From: a virus
Virus record (IMG/VR): IMGVR_UViG_3300045988_118922
Location: 1 to 39,800 of that record
DNA length: 39,800 bases
Direction: 5' to 3' (one strand)
The notes under the pieces were generated by a model, which saw only the letters and a list, made by a program, of their open reading frames with translations, ran no database searches and was not told the DNA's origin. The translations under genes and the position numbers were made by a program. This document shows positions 14,499 through 23,200 of this stretch, piece by piece (the first letter of the stretch is position 1; the number at the start of each line of letters is the position of its first letter).

Positions 14499-15122
14499 AT
14501 GAATTTTAACGAAATATTAAAAGCACAAAACTTAACAGATGAACAAATAAATAACATTACTGCAAAGATGAAAGAAGAAAAAATATATACTACATCTTTA
14601 GAAAATGCAGACGAAAGATATACAAAGTTAAAAAGCCAAAAAGCTGATTTAGATGAACAAATAAAAACTGCAAATACAACTATAACAGAGTTGAAAAAAA
14701 ATAATAAAGACAATGAAGCTTTACAAAAGACAATACAAGACCATGAAACTACAATAGAAAATCTAAAAAAAGAATCAGCTCAAAAGGATTTTAACTATGC
14801 ATTAGATAGTGCATTAAAAGATAATAAATGTAAGAATGCTAAGGCTTTAAAAGCTTTGCTTGATTTAGAAAATATTAAGTTTAATGAAGGTAAATTAGAA
14901 GGCTTAGAAGGTCAATTAAATGCATTAAAAGAAAGTGATGGATATTTATTTGATACATCAAATCCAGCCCCAGGTAATACAGGCGGAGCAGGTAACCATC
15001 CGAGAGTTGGTGGAGGTGCTGGAGCAGTAACAAAGGCAGATATATTAAAAATGCCTTACAGCAAAAGAGTTGAATTCTACAACAACAATAAAGAAGAATT
15101 CAACAGATTAATGAATGAATAG
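14499..15122 (+). CDS. Scaffolding protein (GP20-like minor structural protein)
   Basis: MNFNEILKAQNLTDEQINNITAKMKEEKIYTT...DERYTKLK. Coiled-coil-rich and located directly before the capsid gene. Confidence 0.75.
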   Translation: MNFNEILKAQNLTDEQINNITAKMKEEKIYTTSLENADERYTKLKSQKADLDEQIKTANTTITELKKNNKDNEALQKTIQDHETTIENLKKESAQKDFNYALDSALKDNKCKNAKALKALLDLENIKFNEGKLEGLEGQLNALKESDGYLFDTSNPAPGNTGGAGNHPRVGGGAGAVTKADILKMPYSKRVEFYNNNKEEFNRLMNE

Positions 15123-15136
15123 GAGATGATGGGTAT

Positions 15137-16126
15137 ATGGCAACAACAAAATTAGCAGATATTATAAACCCAGAGGTTATGGGTCCAATGATAGGTGCAA
15201 AAGTAGAAGCGCTTTGTAAAATAACACCGTATGCAAAAGTTGATACAACATTACAAGGTGTTCCAGGGGATACAAAAACAACAGCAAGTTGGGAATACAT
15301 AGGAGATGCAGAAGATGTAGCTGAGGGTGAAGAAGTCGGAACAGTAGGACTAAAAGCTGGGTCAACTACTTTTACAATCAAAAAAGCTATGAAAGCTGTA
15401 TCTATAACTCAAGAATCTATTAATAGTGGTTTAGGTAATCCAGTAGCACAAGCTGAAACTCAATTAGCAAAATCTATAGCACAAAAAGTTGATAATGATG
15501 TATTAGATGCTGCTTATACTGGAACTAATAGAGTAGCTGGGGGTACATTAGCTGTAATATCTTACAGTGGTATAGTTGATGCAGTAACACAATTCGAAGA
15601 TGAAGAAGATGGAATAGAAAAGGTTATGTTTATACATCCAAAACAAGAAGCGACTCTATTAAAAGATTCTAACTTCTTATCAGCTGATAAATTCACTGCT
15701 GGAGTAGCAGTAAACGGAGCTATAGGTAAAATAGCTGGTTGCTGGGTTAAAAAATCTAAAAAAGTTATGTTAGTCCAAGCAGAAAAAAATGACAGTGGTA
15801 CAGTTGAAATATCATCAAGTAACTTAGCAGAATATAAAAAGAAAACTTTAGATGGTTCTACTTTAAAAGTAGGTGATAAAGTTAATGCAGTGGCAGCAGC
15901 TAACCAATACTATTTAAATCCAATATTAAAAATGGAGCCAGATAGTCCTGAAACAGAATATACAGAAGATGAATTACCAGCAATAACAATCTTCCTTAAA
16001 AAGGATACTTCTTTAGATCATGAATGGTTCCCTAAAAAACAAATACATGATTTAACAACAGCTAAATACTACGGAGTAGCTAAAACTAACGATGCTAAAA
16101 TAGTACTTGCTAAATTTAAAAAATAG
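15137..16126 (+). CDS. Major capsid protein
   Basis: 329 aa, following the scaffold gene. The N-terminal LADIINPEVMGPMI...LQGVPGDTKTTASWEYIGDAEDV pattern is typical of Firmicute siphovirus capsid proteins. Confidence 0.8.
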   Translation: MATTKLADIINPEVMGPMIGAKVEALCKITPYAKVDTTLQGVPGDTKTTASWEYIGDAEDVAEGEEVGTVGLKAGSTTFTIKKAMKAVSITQESINSGLGNPVAQAETQLAKSIAQKVDNDVLDAAYTGTNRVAGGTLAVISYSGIVDAVTQFEDEEDGIEKVMFIHPKQEATLLKDSNFLSADKFTAGVAVNGAIGKIAGCWVKKSKKVMLVQAEKNDSGTVEISSSNLAEYKKKTLDGSTLKVGDKVNAVAAANQYYLNPILKMEPDSPETEYTEDELPAITIFLKKDTSLDHEWFPKKQIHDLTTAKYYGVAKTNDAKIVLAKFKK

Positions 16127-16135
16127 GTGATTTAA

Positions 16136-16384
16136 ATGGATGATTTAGAAATGCTAAAACTAATTTTAAGGGAGAATGATTCTCCCTTTTTTAGCGATGA
16201 ACAACTCCAATTTTACGCAGAAAAAAATAACTATGACATAAATAAAACTGCTTATGAATGCCTTCTAGCCAAAGCAGAAGATGATAGTATTGCCTTACCA
16301 GGGGGATTAAGCTTGCCGAACAATAAAGAATACTGGTTAAGGCTTGCTAAAAAATACAGACCGAATGGAAGTAAGATCTTATGA
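16136..16384 (+). CDS. Head-tail connector-like small protein (hypothetical)
   Basis: Assigned by position and size only. Confidence 0.35.
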   Translation: MDDLEMLKLILRENDSPFFSDEQLQFYAEKNNYDINKTAYECLLAKAEDDSIALPGGLSLPNNKEYWLRLAKKYRPNGSKIL

Positions 16385-16761
16385 TAAATAAAGAAAAAAT
16401 CAAATCGAAAGTTGAAAAAGCAATAAAAAAGCTCCCTTCTTTAGGAGTGGTTAAGCGAGCTTACACAAATGATTTTGGAGAAAAGTCAGACTTACTTGAA
16501 TTAGTATGTGAAATAGAAGGCTTATATCATGAATCAAATAATCAGTATGGCCAAAGTATAACATTGCAAAATAAAGCAGAGGTAATAAAAGAAAAAAGTA
16601 TATATTTTTTAGTTGTATACGATGAGACTGCGAAGCTTATACAGAAAGATGACTATATATATATAAATGGCTATAAATATCAAATTAAAGATATTGGAAA
16701 TGTAAATAAAATGGATATTTATGCGGATATGAGATTACAAGAGGTGAGCTACGATGAGTAA
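16381..16761 (+). CDS. Head closure / head-tail adaptor-like protein (hypothetical)
   Basis: ATGA overlap with the upstream gene. Assigned by position in the head-tail joining block. Confidence 0.35.
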   Translation: MINKEKIKSKVEKAIKKLPSLGVVKRAYTNDFGEKSDLLELVCEIEGLYHESNNQYGQSITLQNKAEVIKEKSIYFLVVYDETAKLIQKDDYIYINGYKYQIKDIGNVNKMDIYADMRLQEVSYDE

Positions 16762-17182
16762 TTTTAGCATGAATATTGACGAGTTAATGGATATGTTAGA
16801 ACAAAAAAGAAATAGAACAAAAGCAGCGCTTGAAATATATGCTAATAGCTCAGCTACAAAACTTCAAAATCACGCAAGAGTAAATAAACCTTGGACAGAT
16901 AGGACACATGATGCTAGAAATAGACTTAATGCATCATGGGAATGGAAAAACGAGAATGTATTAAGTATTGCATTATCACACGGAGTTAATTATGGGATAT
17001 ATCTAGAAAAAGGAACATCACCACATGTTATAACAGGGAATCCTTGGTTGTATTGGCAAGGAGCTAGTCATCCTGTTAAAAAAGTCAATCACCCTGGTAC
17101 AAGACCTTATCCAATTATAATGCCAACAATAAATGAAATAGGTCCACAGGTTATGTCTGGACTAAGTATACTTCTAAGGTAG
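16754..17182 (+). CDS. HK97 gp10-like head-tail joining protein
   Basis: HARVNKPWTDRTHDARNRL...HGVNYGIYLEKG resembles the gp10 family pattern. Position is consistent. Confidence 0.45.
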   Translation: MSNFSMNIDELMDMLEQKRNRTKAALEIYANSSATKLQNHARVNKPWTDRTHDARNRLNASWEWKNENVLSIALSHGVNYGIYLEKGTSPHVITGNPWLYWQGASHPVKKVNHPGTRPYPIIMPTINEIGPQVMSGLSILLR

Positions 17183-17545
17183 GTGAGGTTAATGTTTCAG
17201 GATTTATATAGATTTCTTAGAACTGGCGGATTAAAAGTGTACTCACTTGGACAACAGGATAAAATTTGCACAGACCCATTTGTATTGATTTATGAAGCTG
17301 GAACAGAAGATACTTCAAGTAGTAAGAATCTAAAAAAAGAAAGCATAGAGTTATGGGTATTTTATCCTTTTAATGAATACTCAAAGGTTGAGGATTATAT
17401 AAAACAAGTTGAAAATACAATAAAAAAATTCGGCAAACTAAGAAAAAATTATGATAAGTATGCAATAGAAATTGATAATGATATGAAAGCATATTATACA
17501 AAACTTTCTTATTATCGTTATGTATATAGAGAAGGAGGTAGATAA
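17183..17545 (+). CDS. Tail completion-like protein (hypothetical)
   Basis: Located immediately before the major tail protein gene. Confidence 0.35.
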   Translation: MRLMFQDLYRFLRTGGLKVYSLGQQDKICTDPFVLIYEAGTEDTSSSKNLKKESIELWVFYPFNEYSKVEDYIKQVENTIKKFGKLRKNYDKYAIEIDNDMKAYYTKLSYYRYVYREGGR

Positions 17546-17547
17546 AT

Positions 17548-18120
17548 ATGACAGCTACAGTAAAAAAAATAAATCAAATGCCACTATCAGATGTATCGCT
17601 TGTTAGAGTTGTAACTGAAACTGATATTTTTAGTTTTAAAACTTCTGACGAAATCTCAACAGAAGAAGTAGTTTCAGAAGGTGAAGAACAGACTCTTAAG
17701 CTAAAAGGCGAAATATATGCTAATAGAGAAGCTAAAGACACTGTACTTGGTTATGACTTAACTTGTAAAGATAATGTAATGTGTCCTGAGCTTCTTAAAG
17801 TTATTCAAGGTGGAACTATTGAATATGATACAGATGGAAAAACCTTTAAAAAATATACAGCTCCACCAGTAGGACAAAATGCATCAAAAACACCATTCGA
17901 TGTTGAAATTTATTCTGCAGAAGTAGGAACAGATGGAGATACTGGAAACTTTTCAAAAGTAACATTCCCAAGTTGTAAAGGTAAATCAGTACCTTTAAGT
18001 TTTAAAGACGGTGAATACTATTCAAATGAATACACTATCCAATCAAGACCAGAGAAAGGTACTGCACCTTATACAATAGAAAAGGTAACTGCTCTACCAA
18101 ATGATACAGTATCAGAATGA
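17548..18120 (+). CDS. Major tail protein
   Basis: 190 aa. Located before the chaperone pair and tape measure gene, and followed by a very strong terminator, as is common for abundant tail-tube genes. Confidence 0.7.
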   Translation: MTATVKKINQMPLSDVSLVRVVTETDIFSFKTSDEISTEEVVSEGEEQTLKLKGEIYANREAKDTVLGYDLTCKDNVMCPELLKVIQGGTIEYDTDGKTFKKYTAPPVGQNASKTPFDVEIYSAEVGTDGDTGNFSKVTFPSCKGKSVPLSFKDGEYYSNEYTIQSRPEKGTAPYTIEKVTALPNDTVSE

Positions 18121-18184
18121 ACAAATAATATTCAAGAAAATGTTATAAGTGATGAAATGAATATCTCTATAGAAGATAAAATAG

Positions 18185-18214
18185 ACCTCTCTAAAATTAT
18201 TTAGAGAGGTTTTT
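18185..18214 (+). terminator. Rho-independent terminator or attenuator after the major tail gene
   Basis: 11-bp stem ACCTCTCTAAA / TTTAGAGAGGT with loop atta, followed by tttt. Confidence 0.85.
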
Positions 18215-18234
18215 ATTATGAAAGGAAATAGATA

Positions 18235-18684
18235 ATGGAAAATTTACAAGTAACAAGTTTAGATAGATTAAAACAAGTAAAACAAACTCAAATAGTAAGT
18301 TTAGGTAAATTTGAAGATGGGACAGAACTTATAGCCGAGCTAAAAAGACCAGATATGTTAGCTTTTATAACAGAAGGGAAAATTCCTAATACTCTTTTGC
18401 AGGAAGCAGCAGAGGTGTTTAATGGTAAAACTGACACTGTAAATAAGGCGACTATAGACGGAGATGTTACAGCTTTAAAACAGTTAGGAGAGTTATTAGA
18501 GTTTTTATGTGATGAAACATTAGTAAATCCAAGTTATAAAGAAATAAAAGAAATAGGTATAACACTACCACTAGAAATGAAAACAACAATTCTTACTTAT
18601 GTTCAAGCAGGAATTGACGGATTAAAAAGCTTTCGTAAAGAGCAAGAATATATTGAGAATAATCAATCAGTCGGAGAAATATAG
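18235..18684 (+). CDS. Tail assembly chaperone (gpG analogue)
   Basis: 149-aa acidic protein directly upstream of the tape measure gene, with an overlapping second-frame ORF. Confidence 0.7.
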   Translation: MENLQVTSLDRLKQVKQTQIVSLGKFEDGTELIAELKRPDMLAFITEGKIPNTLLQEAAEVFNGKTDTVNKATIDGDVTALKQLGELLEFLCDETLVNPSYKEIKEIGITLPLEMKTTILTYVQAGIDGLKSFRKEQEYIENNQSVGEI

Positions 18685-18883
18685 GAGATTACCAAGTGAA
18701 ATAGCGAGAATAAAAGATGAATATGTGGCTTTTTGTTTCGATGAAGCTTGTCTGTATATATCAAGTCAACTTGAAGAAAAGAAAAAACCACGATGGAGTG
18801 AAGATCTAATAGACCGAGAAACAGGAAAGAAAAAAACATTTATATCAGAAGCATGGAAAAAACAAAGAAAGGAGGTTAAATAA
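18626..18883 (+). CDS. Tail assembly chaperone frameshift extension (gpT analogue), open in the +1 frame from 18626
   Basis: No ATG or RBS of its own; the track start at 18653 is a TTG. The frame equals the G frame +1. It ends with ATGA-type coupling to the tape measure start. Confidence 0.5.
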   Translation, partial: KAFVKSKNILRIINQSEKYRRLPSEIARIKDEYVAFCFDEACLYISSQLEEKKKPRWSEDLIDRETGKKKTFISEAWKKQRKEVK

Positions 18884-21800
18884 TGCCAGATACAAACTTA
18901 GGGACTGCAACAGGTTATTTAAATCTCGATATACAAAACTGGAATAATGCATTAGATGATGCTAGAGAAAGTTTAAGAGAATTTGAAAATAGCTCTAGTT
19001 CTATGGGTGATACACTAAGAAATACACAACAAGCTACAAATGGAGCAAGTGATGCATTACGAAATACAAGCGATTCAGCTAGTAGAGCAAGAAGTGCTTT
19101 TGATAGTGTTAGACAAACAACTAGTAGTACAAGTGATGCTTTTGAGAGTATTACAAGTTCAGCATCTAGAACAAGAAGTGAATTTAGTAGAACAACTCGT
19201 GAAGCACAAAGGTTTGAAAGACAAATGCAAAGATTAGAATATGAGTTGGGTGGAGAAGTACCACAGGCGACACGAGATGCTTATCAAGAAATGTATAGAC
19301 TTAGAAGTGAAATGAGAAATGCAAGAAGATACTATGGAAGTTATTCACGTGAAGCTATGGAAGCAAGAAATGCAATGACAGAGTTTGCGCTAAGTTTAGA
19401 CGATAATACATTTAGACAGGTTTATATGAGAAGTCAATTAGGGCTTACTGAAGGACAACTCCAAAGACAAGCGAATAGTATACGACTTAATGCGAGAATG
19501 ACCAGTTTAATGGGAGACCAAACTCAAATATTAATACAACGTATGCAAGGCTTGCAAGACCATGGAATTAAACCTGAAATGCTGCTACCTCCATCTACTC
19601 CAGGACAATTTAGGCTTTTATCAGAAGCTATGGACTTAGGGGTTTCACCACTAAATCGCTTGTCAAGTGGATATAGAAGTTTAGGAAATAGAGTTGAAGG
19701 AGTTATAAAAAAATATTCAGCTCAAAAAGTTGCGGTAAGAGCAGCTCAAGGCTCAATGGTAAGATACGGGTTAATAATGAGAAACTTAACGACTGGGACT
19801 GCTAACTTAGGACTTGCAATTCCAATTGTTGGAGTTGCAGCAATTACTGCTTATGGAGCATTATTTAGTGCAGCTATGGAAGCAGATAAAGGGTTACAAA
19901 AGCTATGGGATACTACAAAAAACAAGTTAGCAAAAGCTTTTGAACCTTTAATAGAAACTGCAGGTCAAGTTTTAGAAGTGGGAATGAAAGTTATTGGAGT
20001 AATAGCTGAATGGATTGCAAAATTCAATGAAGCGCATCCAATAATTGCAAAAGTAGCTAGTGTAGTTGCCTTATTAGCACCTGCAATGACATTATTACTA
20101 TTACCTCTTTCTATGGGAGTAGGATTGTGGAGTGGCTGGATGGTTGCCCTCAATGGCGCTTGGACTATGATTGGCGGAGTTGTGGCAATGATAGGAACTG
20201 CTACCTCAACATTTTTTAGCTTTGCTATACCTATTGCCGCAGTAACTGCTGGACTTATTTATCTTTATAAGACAAATGAAACATTTAGGACTACTGTAAA
20301 TAATGCTTGGCAATCGGTCAAAGAAAAAGCTATAGATGTATTCGGAACACTTGAAAAGTATTTTACGGAAACTATTCCAAATGCATATAAAAAAGGTGGT
20401 ATAAAAGGAGTTTTAAATCAATTTGCAGATACATTCAAAAGTGGATTAGATAAGGTAAAATCATCATTACCTCAATGGTTAGAAAATGGTAAAAGTATGG
20501 CTAATAACCTTGCACAAGGTATTAATCAAGGTTTACCAGCTTTGCAAGCAAAAGCAAGTGAAATAATATCAAACTTAGTGGCTGGAATCCTGAAAGTAGC
20601 TCCAAAATTAATAGAAACTGCAGGGCAATTGACTCAAGCATGGCTAAAAATGTGGAGCAATAATATAACATTATTTTTAGATGCTGGATTTAAATTACTG
20701 GAAATGATTATGCAAGGTATAGCGCAAGCATTACCAACATTAATCGAAACTATAGTAAATGTTGTATCAACGGTAATAAACATTATAGCTGAAAACCTAC
20801 CAAAAGTAATTGAAGCAGGAGTATATATTATAACTGCACTTGTAAATGGGATAAGTGAAAATCTGCCAGCTATAGTTGAAATAATAACAAATACACTAAG
20901 TTCTATAGTGAATATAATATTAGAAAATTTACCACTAATAATCGAAGCAGCAGCACAAATTATAACAACCCTAGCAGTTGCATTAGTAGAAAATTTACCA
21001 ACATTACTAGAAGCTGCAGTAAAATTAGTTATTGAAATTGCTAGATGCATATTAGAAAATTTACCGCTAATTATAGAAGCGGGTATTCAACTTGTAATAG
21101 CATTAGGCCAAGCAATAATACAAGCATTACCACAGATAGTTACAGCAATCGGAGAATTATTTGTCGGAATATTAGAGGTAATAGGCGAAGAAATAGGGAA
21201 ATTAGGTCAATTCTTATTAGATAAAGCTATGGAAATAGTTCCTCAAATACAAAGTAAAGTATCGGAATTATGGGAACAAATAAAAGTAGCAGTAATGGAA
21301 AAAGCTCAAGAATTATGGCAATCTGTAGAATTATGGGCAAGTAACATATATAATAGCATATCTATTTGGGTTGGTAATTTGATAACATCAATAGGTACAT
21401 GGTTAAGTGGATTGCCAGAAAGGGTAGGTTATGCATTAGGTTTTGTATTAGGTGCGATAGCAAGCTGGGGAGTTAATGTATATAACTATTTCGCCACAAA
21501 TATACCTCGATGGATAGATGCTATAGGCAACTGGTTTTCCCAACTACCTTCTAAGATAGGGAAATGGCTTACAGATACTTACAGCAAAGTAACTCAATGG
21601 GGTAGCAATATGCTATCAAAAGCGCAAGAAACTGGTAGCCGATTCATTAGTAATACTATAAATTGGTTTCAACAATTACCAGGCCGTGTATGGAATTTCC
21701 TAAGCAATACTTACAGTAAAGCAACTCAATGGGCATCACAAATGGTTGCAAAAGCTCAACAAGCTGGAAGTCAATTCGTAAGTAGAGTAGGAAGTGCATT

Positions 21801-22428
21801 ATCAGCATTACCAGGTCGAGTATGGTCATTTTTATCTAGTTGTATATCAAAAGCAACTAGCTTTGCATCACAATTTGGGGCGAAAGGCCAAAAGGCTGCA
21901 TCAGATTTCAAAAGCAAAATAGTAAATGGAGTTAATTCTATCCCTGGTAAAATGGCAAGTATAGGTAAACAGATAGTCCAAGGTATATGGAGAGGTATAT
22001 CGGGGGCTGGAAGCTGGCTTAGAGATCAAATATCTAATTTCGCTAGTGGAGTTGTAAAAGGATTCAAGAAAGGATTCAAAATAAACTCCCCAAGTAAAAT
22101 CATGCGAGATGTAATCGGTGTTGGTATAGTAGAAGGTATCGGTGTCGGTATAGATCAAGAAGAAAATAGTTTACTTGGAAAAGCTAAAAATCTAGCTAAT
22201 AGTGTAGTTAGTGTTATGAACAATAATGCAACTACAATGGATTTAATAGGCACTGCTAGAGATTTAACTGGTAATATTGGAGCTGTAACTCAAACAACGC
22301 AAAATAATACAAGTAATTTTGCTAGCTTATTACATATAGAAAATCTAACTATAAATGATGATAAAGACATAGAAACTCTAGCGAATGATTTAGCATTCTA
22401 CTTAAAAAGAAAAAAAGTATTAGTGTAA
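18883..22428 (+). CDS. Tape measure protein
   Basis: 1181 aa with central TM-like segments, many (I/L)ENLP... helical repeats, and a position between the chaperones and Dit. Confidence 0.9.
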   Translation: MPDTNLGTATGYLNLDIQNWNNALDDARESLREFENSSSSMGDTLRNTQQATNGASDALRNTSDSASRARSAFDSVRQTTSSTSDAFESITSSASRTRSEFSRTTREAQRFERQMQRLEYELGGEVPQATRDAYQEMYRLRSEMRNARRYYGSYSREAMEARNAMTEFALSLDDNTFRQVYMRSQLGLTEGQLQRQANSIRLNARMTSLMGDQTQILIQRMQGLQDHGIKPEMLLPPSTPGQFRLLSEAMDLGVSPLNRLSSGYRSLGNRVEGVIKKYSAQKVAVRAAQGSMVRYGLIMRNLTTGTANLGLAIPIVGVAAITAYGALFSAAMEADKGLQKLWDTTKNKLAKAFEPLIETAGQVLEVGMKVIGVIAEWIAKFNEAHPIIAKVASVVALLAPAMTLLLLPLSMGVGLWSGWMVALNGAWTMIGGVVAMIGTATSTFFSFAIPIAAVTAGLIYLYKTNETFRTTVNNAWQSVKEKAIDVFGTLEKYFTETIPNAYKKGGIKGVLNQFADTFKSGLDKVKSSLPQWLENGKSMANNLAQGINQGLPALQAKASEIISNLVAGILKVAPKLIETAGQLTQAWLKMWSNNITLFLDAGFKLLEMIMQGIAQALPTLIETIVNVVSTVINIIAENLPKVIEAGVYIITALVNGISENLPAIVEIITNTLSSIVNIILENLPLIIEAAAQIITTLAVALVENLPTLLEAAVKLVIEIARCILENLPLIIEAGIQLVIALGQAIIQALPQIVTAIGELFVGILEVIGEEIGKLGQFLLDKAMEIVPQIQSKVSELWEQIKVAVMEKAQELWQSVELWASNIYNSISIWVGNLITSIGTWLSGLPERVGYALGFVLGAIASWGVNVYNYFATNIPRWIDAIGNWFSQLPSKIGKWLTDTYSKVTQWGSNMLSKAQETGSRFISNTINWFQQLPGRVWNFLSNTYSKATQWASQMVAKAQQAGSQFVSRVGSALSALPGRVWSFLSSCISKATSFASQFGAKGQKAASDFKSKIVNGVNSIPGKMASIGKQIVQGIWRGISGAGSWLRDQISNFASGVVKGFKKGFKINSPSKIMRDVIGVGIVEGIGVGIDQEENSLLGKAKNLANSVVSVMNNNATTMDLIGTARDLTGNIGAVTQTTQNNTSNFASLLHIENLTINDDKDIETLANDLAFYLKRKKVLV

Positions 22429-22440
22429 GGAGGTGTAGAA

Positions 22441-23199
22441 ATGGAATTTATGGAATATAAAGACCCTATAATTTTATATTTGGACGATAAACCTAGTACG
22501 GATTACGGAATAAAGGTGTATGAAAGTAATATCCTTTCTGCACCTTCTAAAAAGCTAGAGTTTGTTGAAATAGAAGGAAGAAACGGAGCATTAACAATAG
22601 ACAATGGATATGAAGATTTTGTATTAACACTTTCATGCGTACTTATAAATAATAATAGTAAGGTTGAAACCACTCCAGCATTAGCAAGAAGGGCTAAAAA
22701 ATTTCTACTTAACGGAACAAATAGAAAGATACAATTAAGCGAAGATAAAGACTATTATTTATTAGGAACTTATAATTCTGATATTGATATAGAAGAAGCA
22801 ATTGAAAACTTTGGATTATTTCAGGCACAATTTAGATGTAAACCTTATAGATTATCAAATAGTGAAAAAACAGTAGATATAACTAATAAAAATACTATAG
22901 TAAAAAATACAGAATATAAAACCAAGCCTGTTATTGATGTGTATGCAACAGGAGATATAACTATTAATATAAATAATCAAGAAATTGTTTTAAAAGCCTT
23001 AGAAGGCCATATACAACTTGATTGTGATTTAATGAATGCAACTACTGTTAATTCGCTTGGAAAAATAGCGAATGCAAATCATAAAATGTATAGTGATTTC
23101 CCAATACTAGAAGAAGGGGACAATAATATAAGCTGGTCCCTGGGAAGTGGAGCTAGTTTTACTAAAATAGTAATAAAATACAGATTGGCGGTGATATAG
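22441..23199 (+). CDS. Distal tail protein (Dit, siphovirus tail component)
   Basis: 252 aa, directly after the tape measure gene. The EGRNGAL...segment is typical. Confidence 0.7.
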   Translation: MEFMEYKDPIILYLDDKPSTDYGIKVYESNILSAPSKKLEFVEIEGRNGALTIDNGYEDFVLTLSCVLINNNSKVETTPALARRAKKFLLNGTNRKIQLSEDKDYYLLGTYNSDIDIEEAIENFGLFQAQFRCKPYRLSNSEKTVDITNKNTIVKNTEYKTKPVIDVYATGDITININNQEIVLKALEGHIQLDCDLMNATTVNSLGKIANANHKMYSDFPILEEGDNNISWSLGSGASFTKIVIKYRLAVI

Positions 23200-23200
23200 A

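Noticed and set aside
18118-18201. 27 sense codons follow the TGA stop of the major tail protein, which could suggest a read-through extension.
   Set aside because: The extension is short, shows no motif and runs into the stem of the very strong terminator at 18185-18214. An open stretch of this length can occur by chance.
19040-19237. 65-aa alternative-frame ORF inside the tape measure gene. Other short same-strand or antisense ORFs lie inside large structural genes (21901-22158, 23854-24036, 24670-24861, 27576-27791).
   Set aside because: They are embedded in well-supported long genes, have no RBS or motif, and their composition reflects the repetitive Ser/Thr/Arg-rich or hydrophobic host frame.
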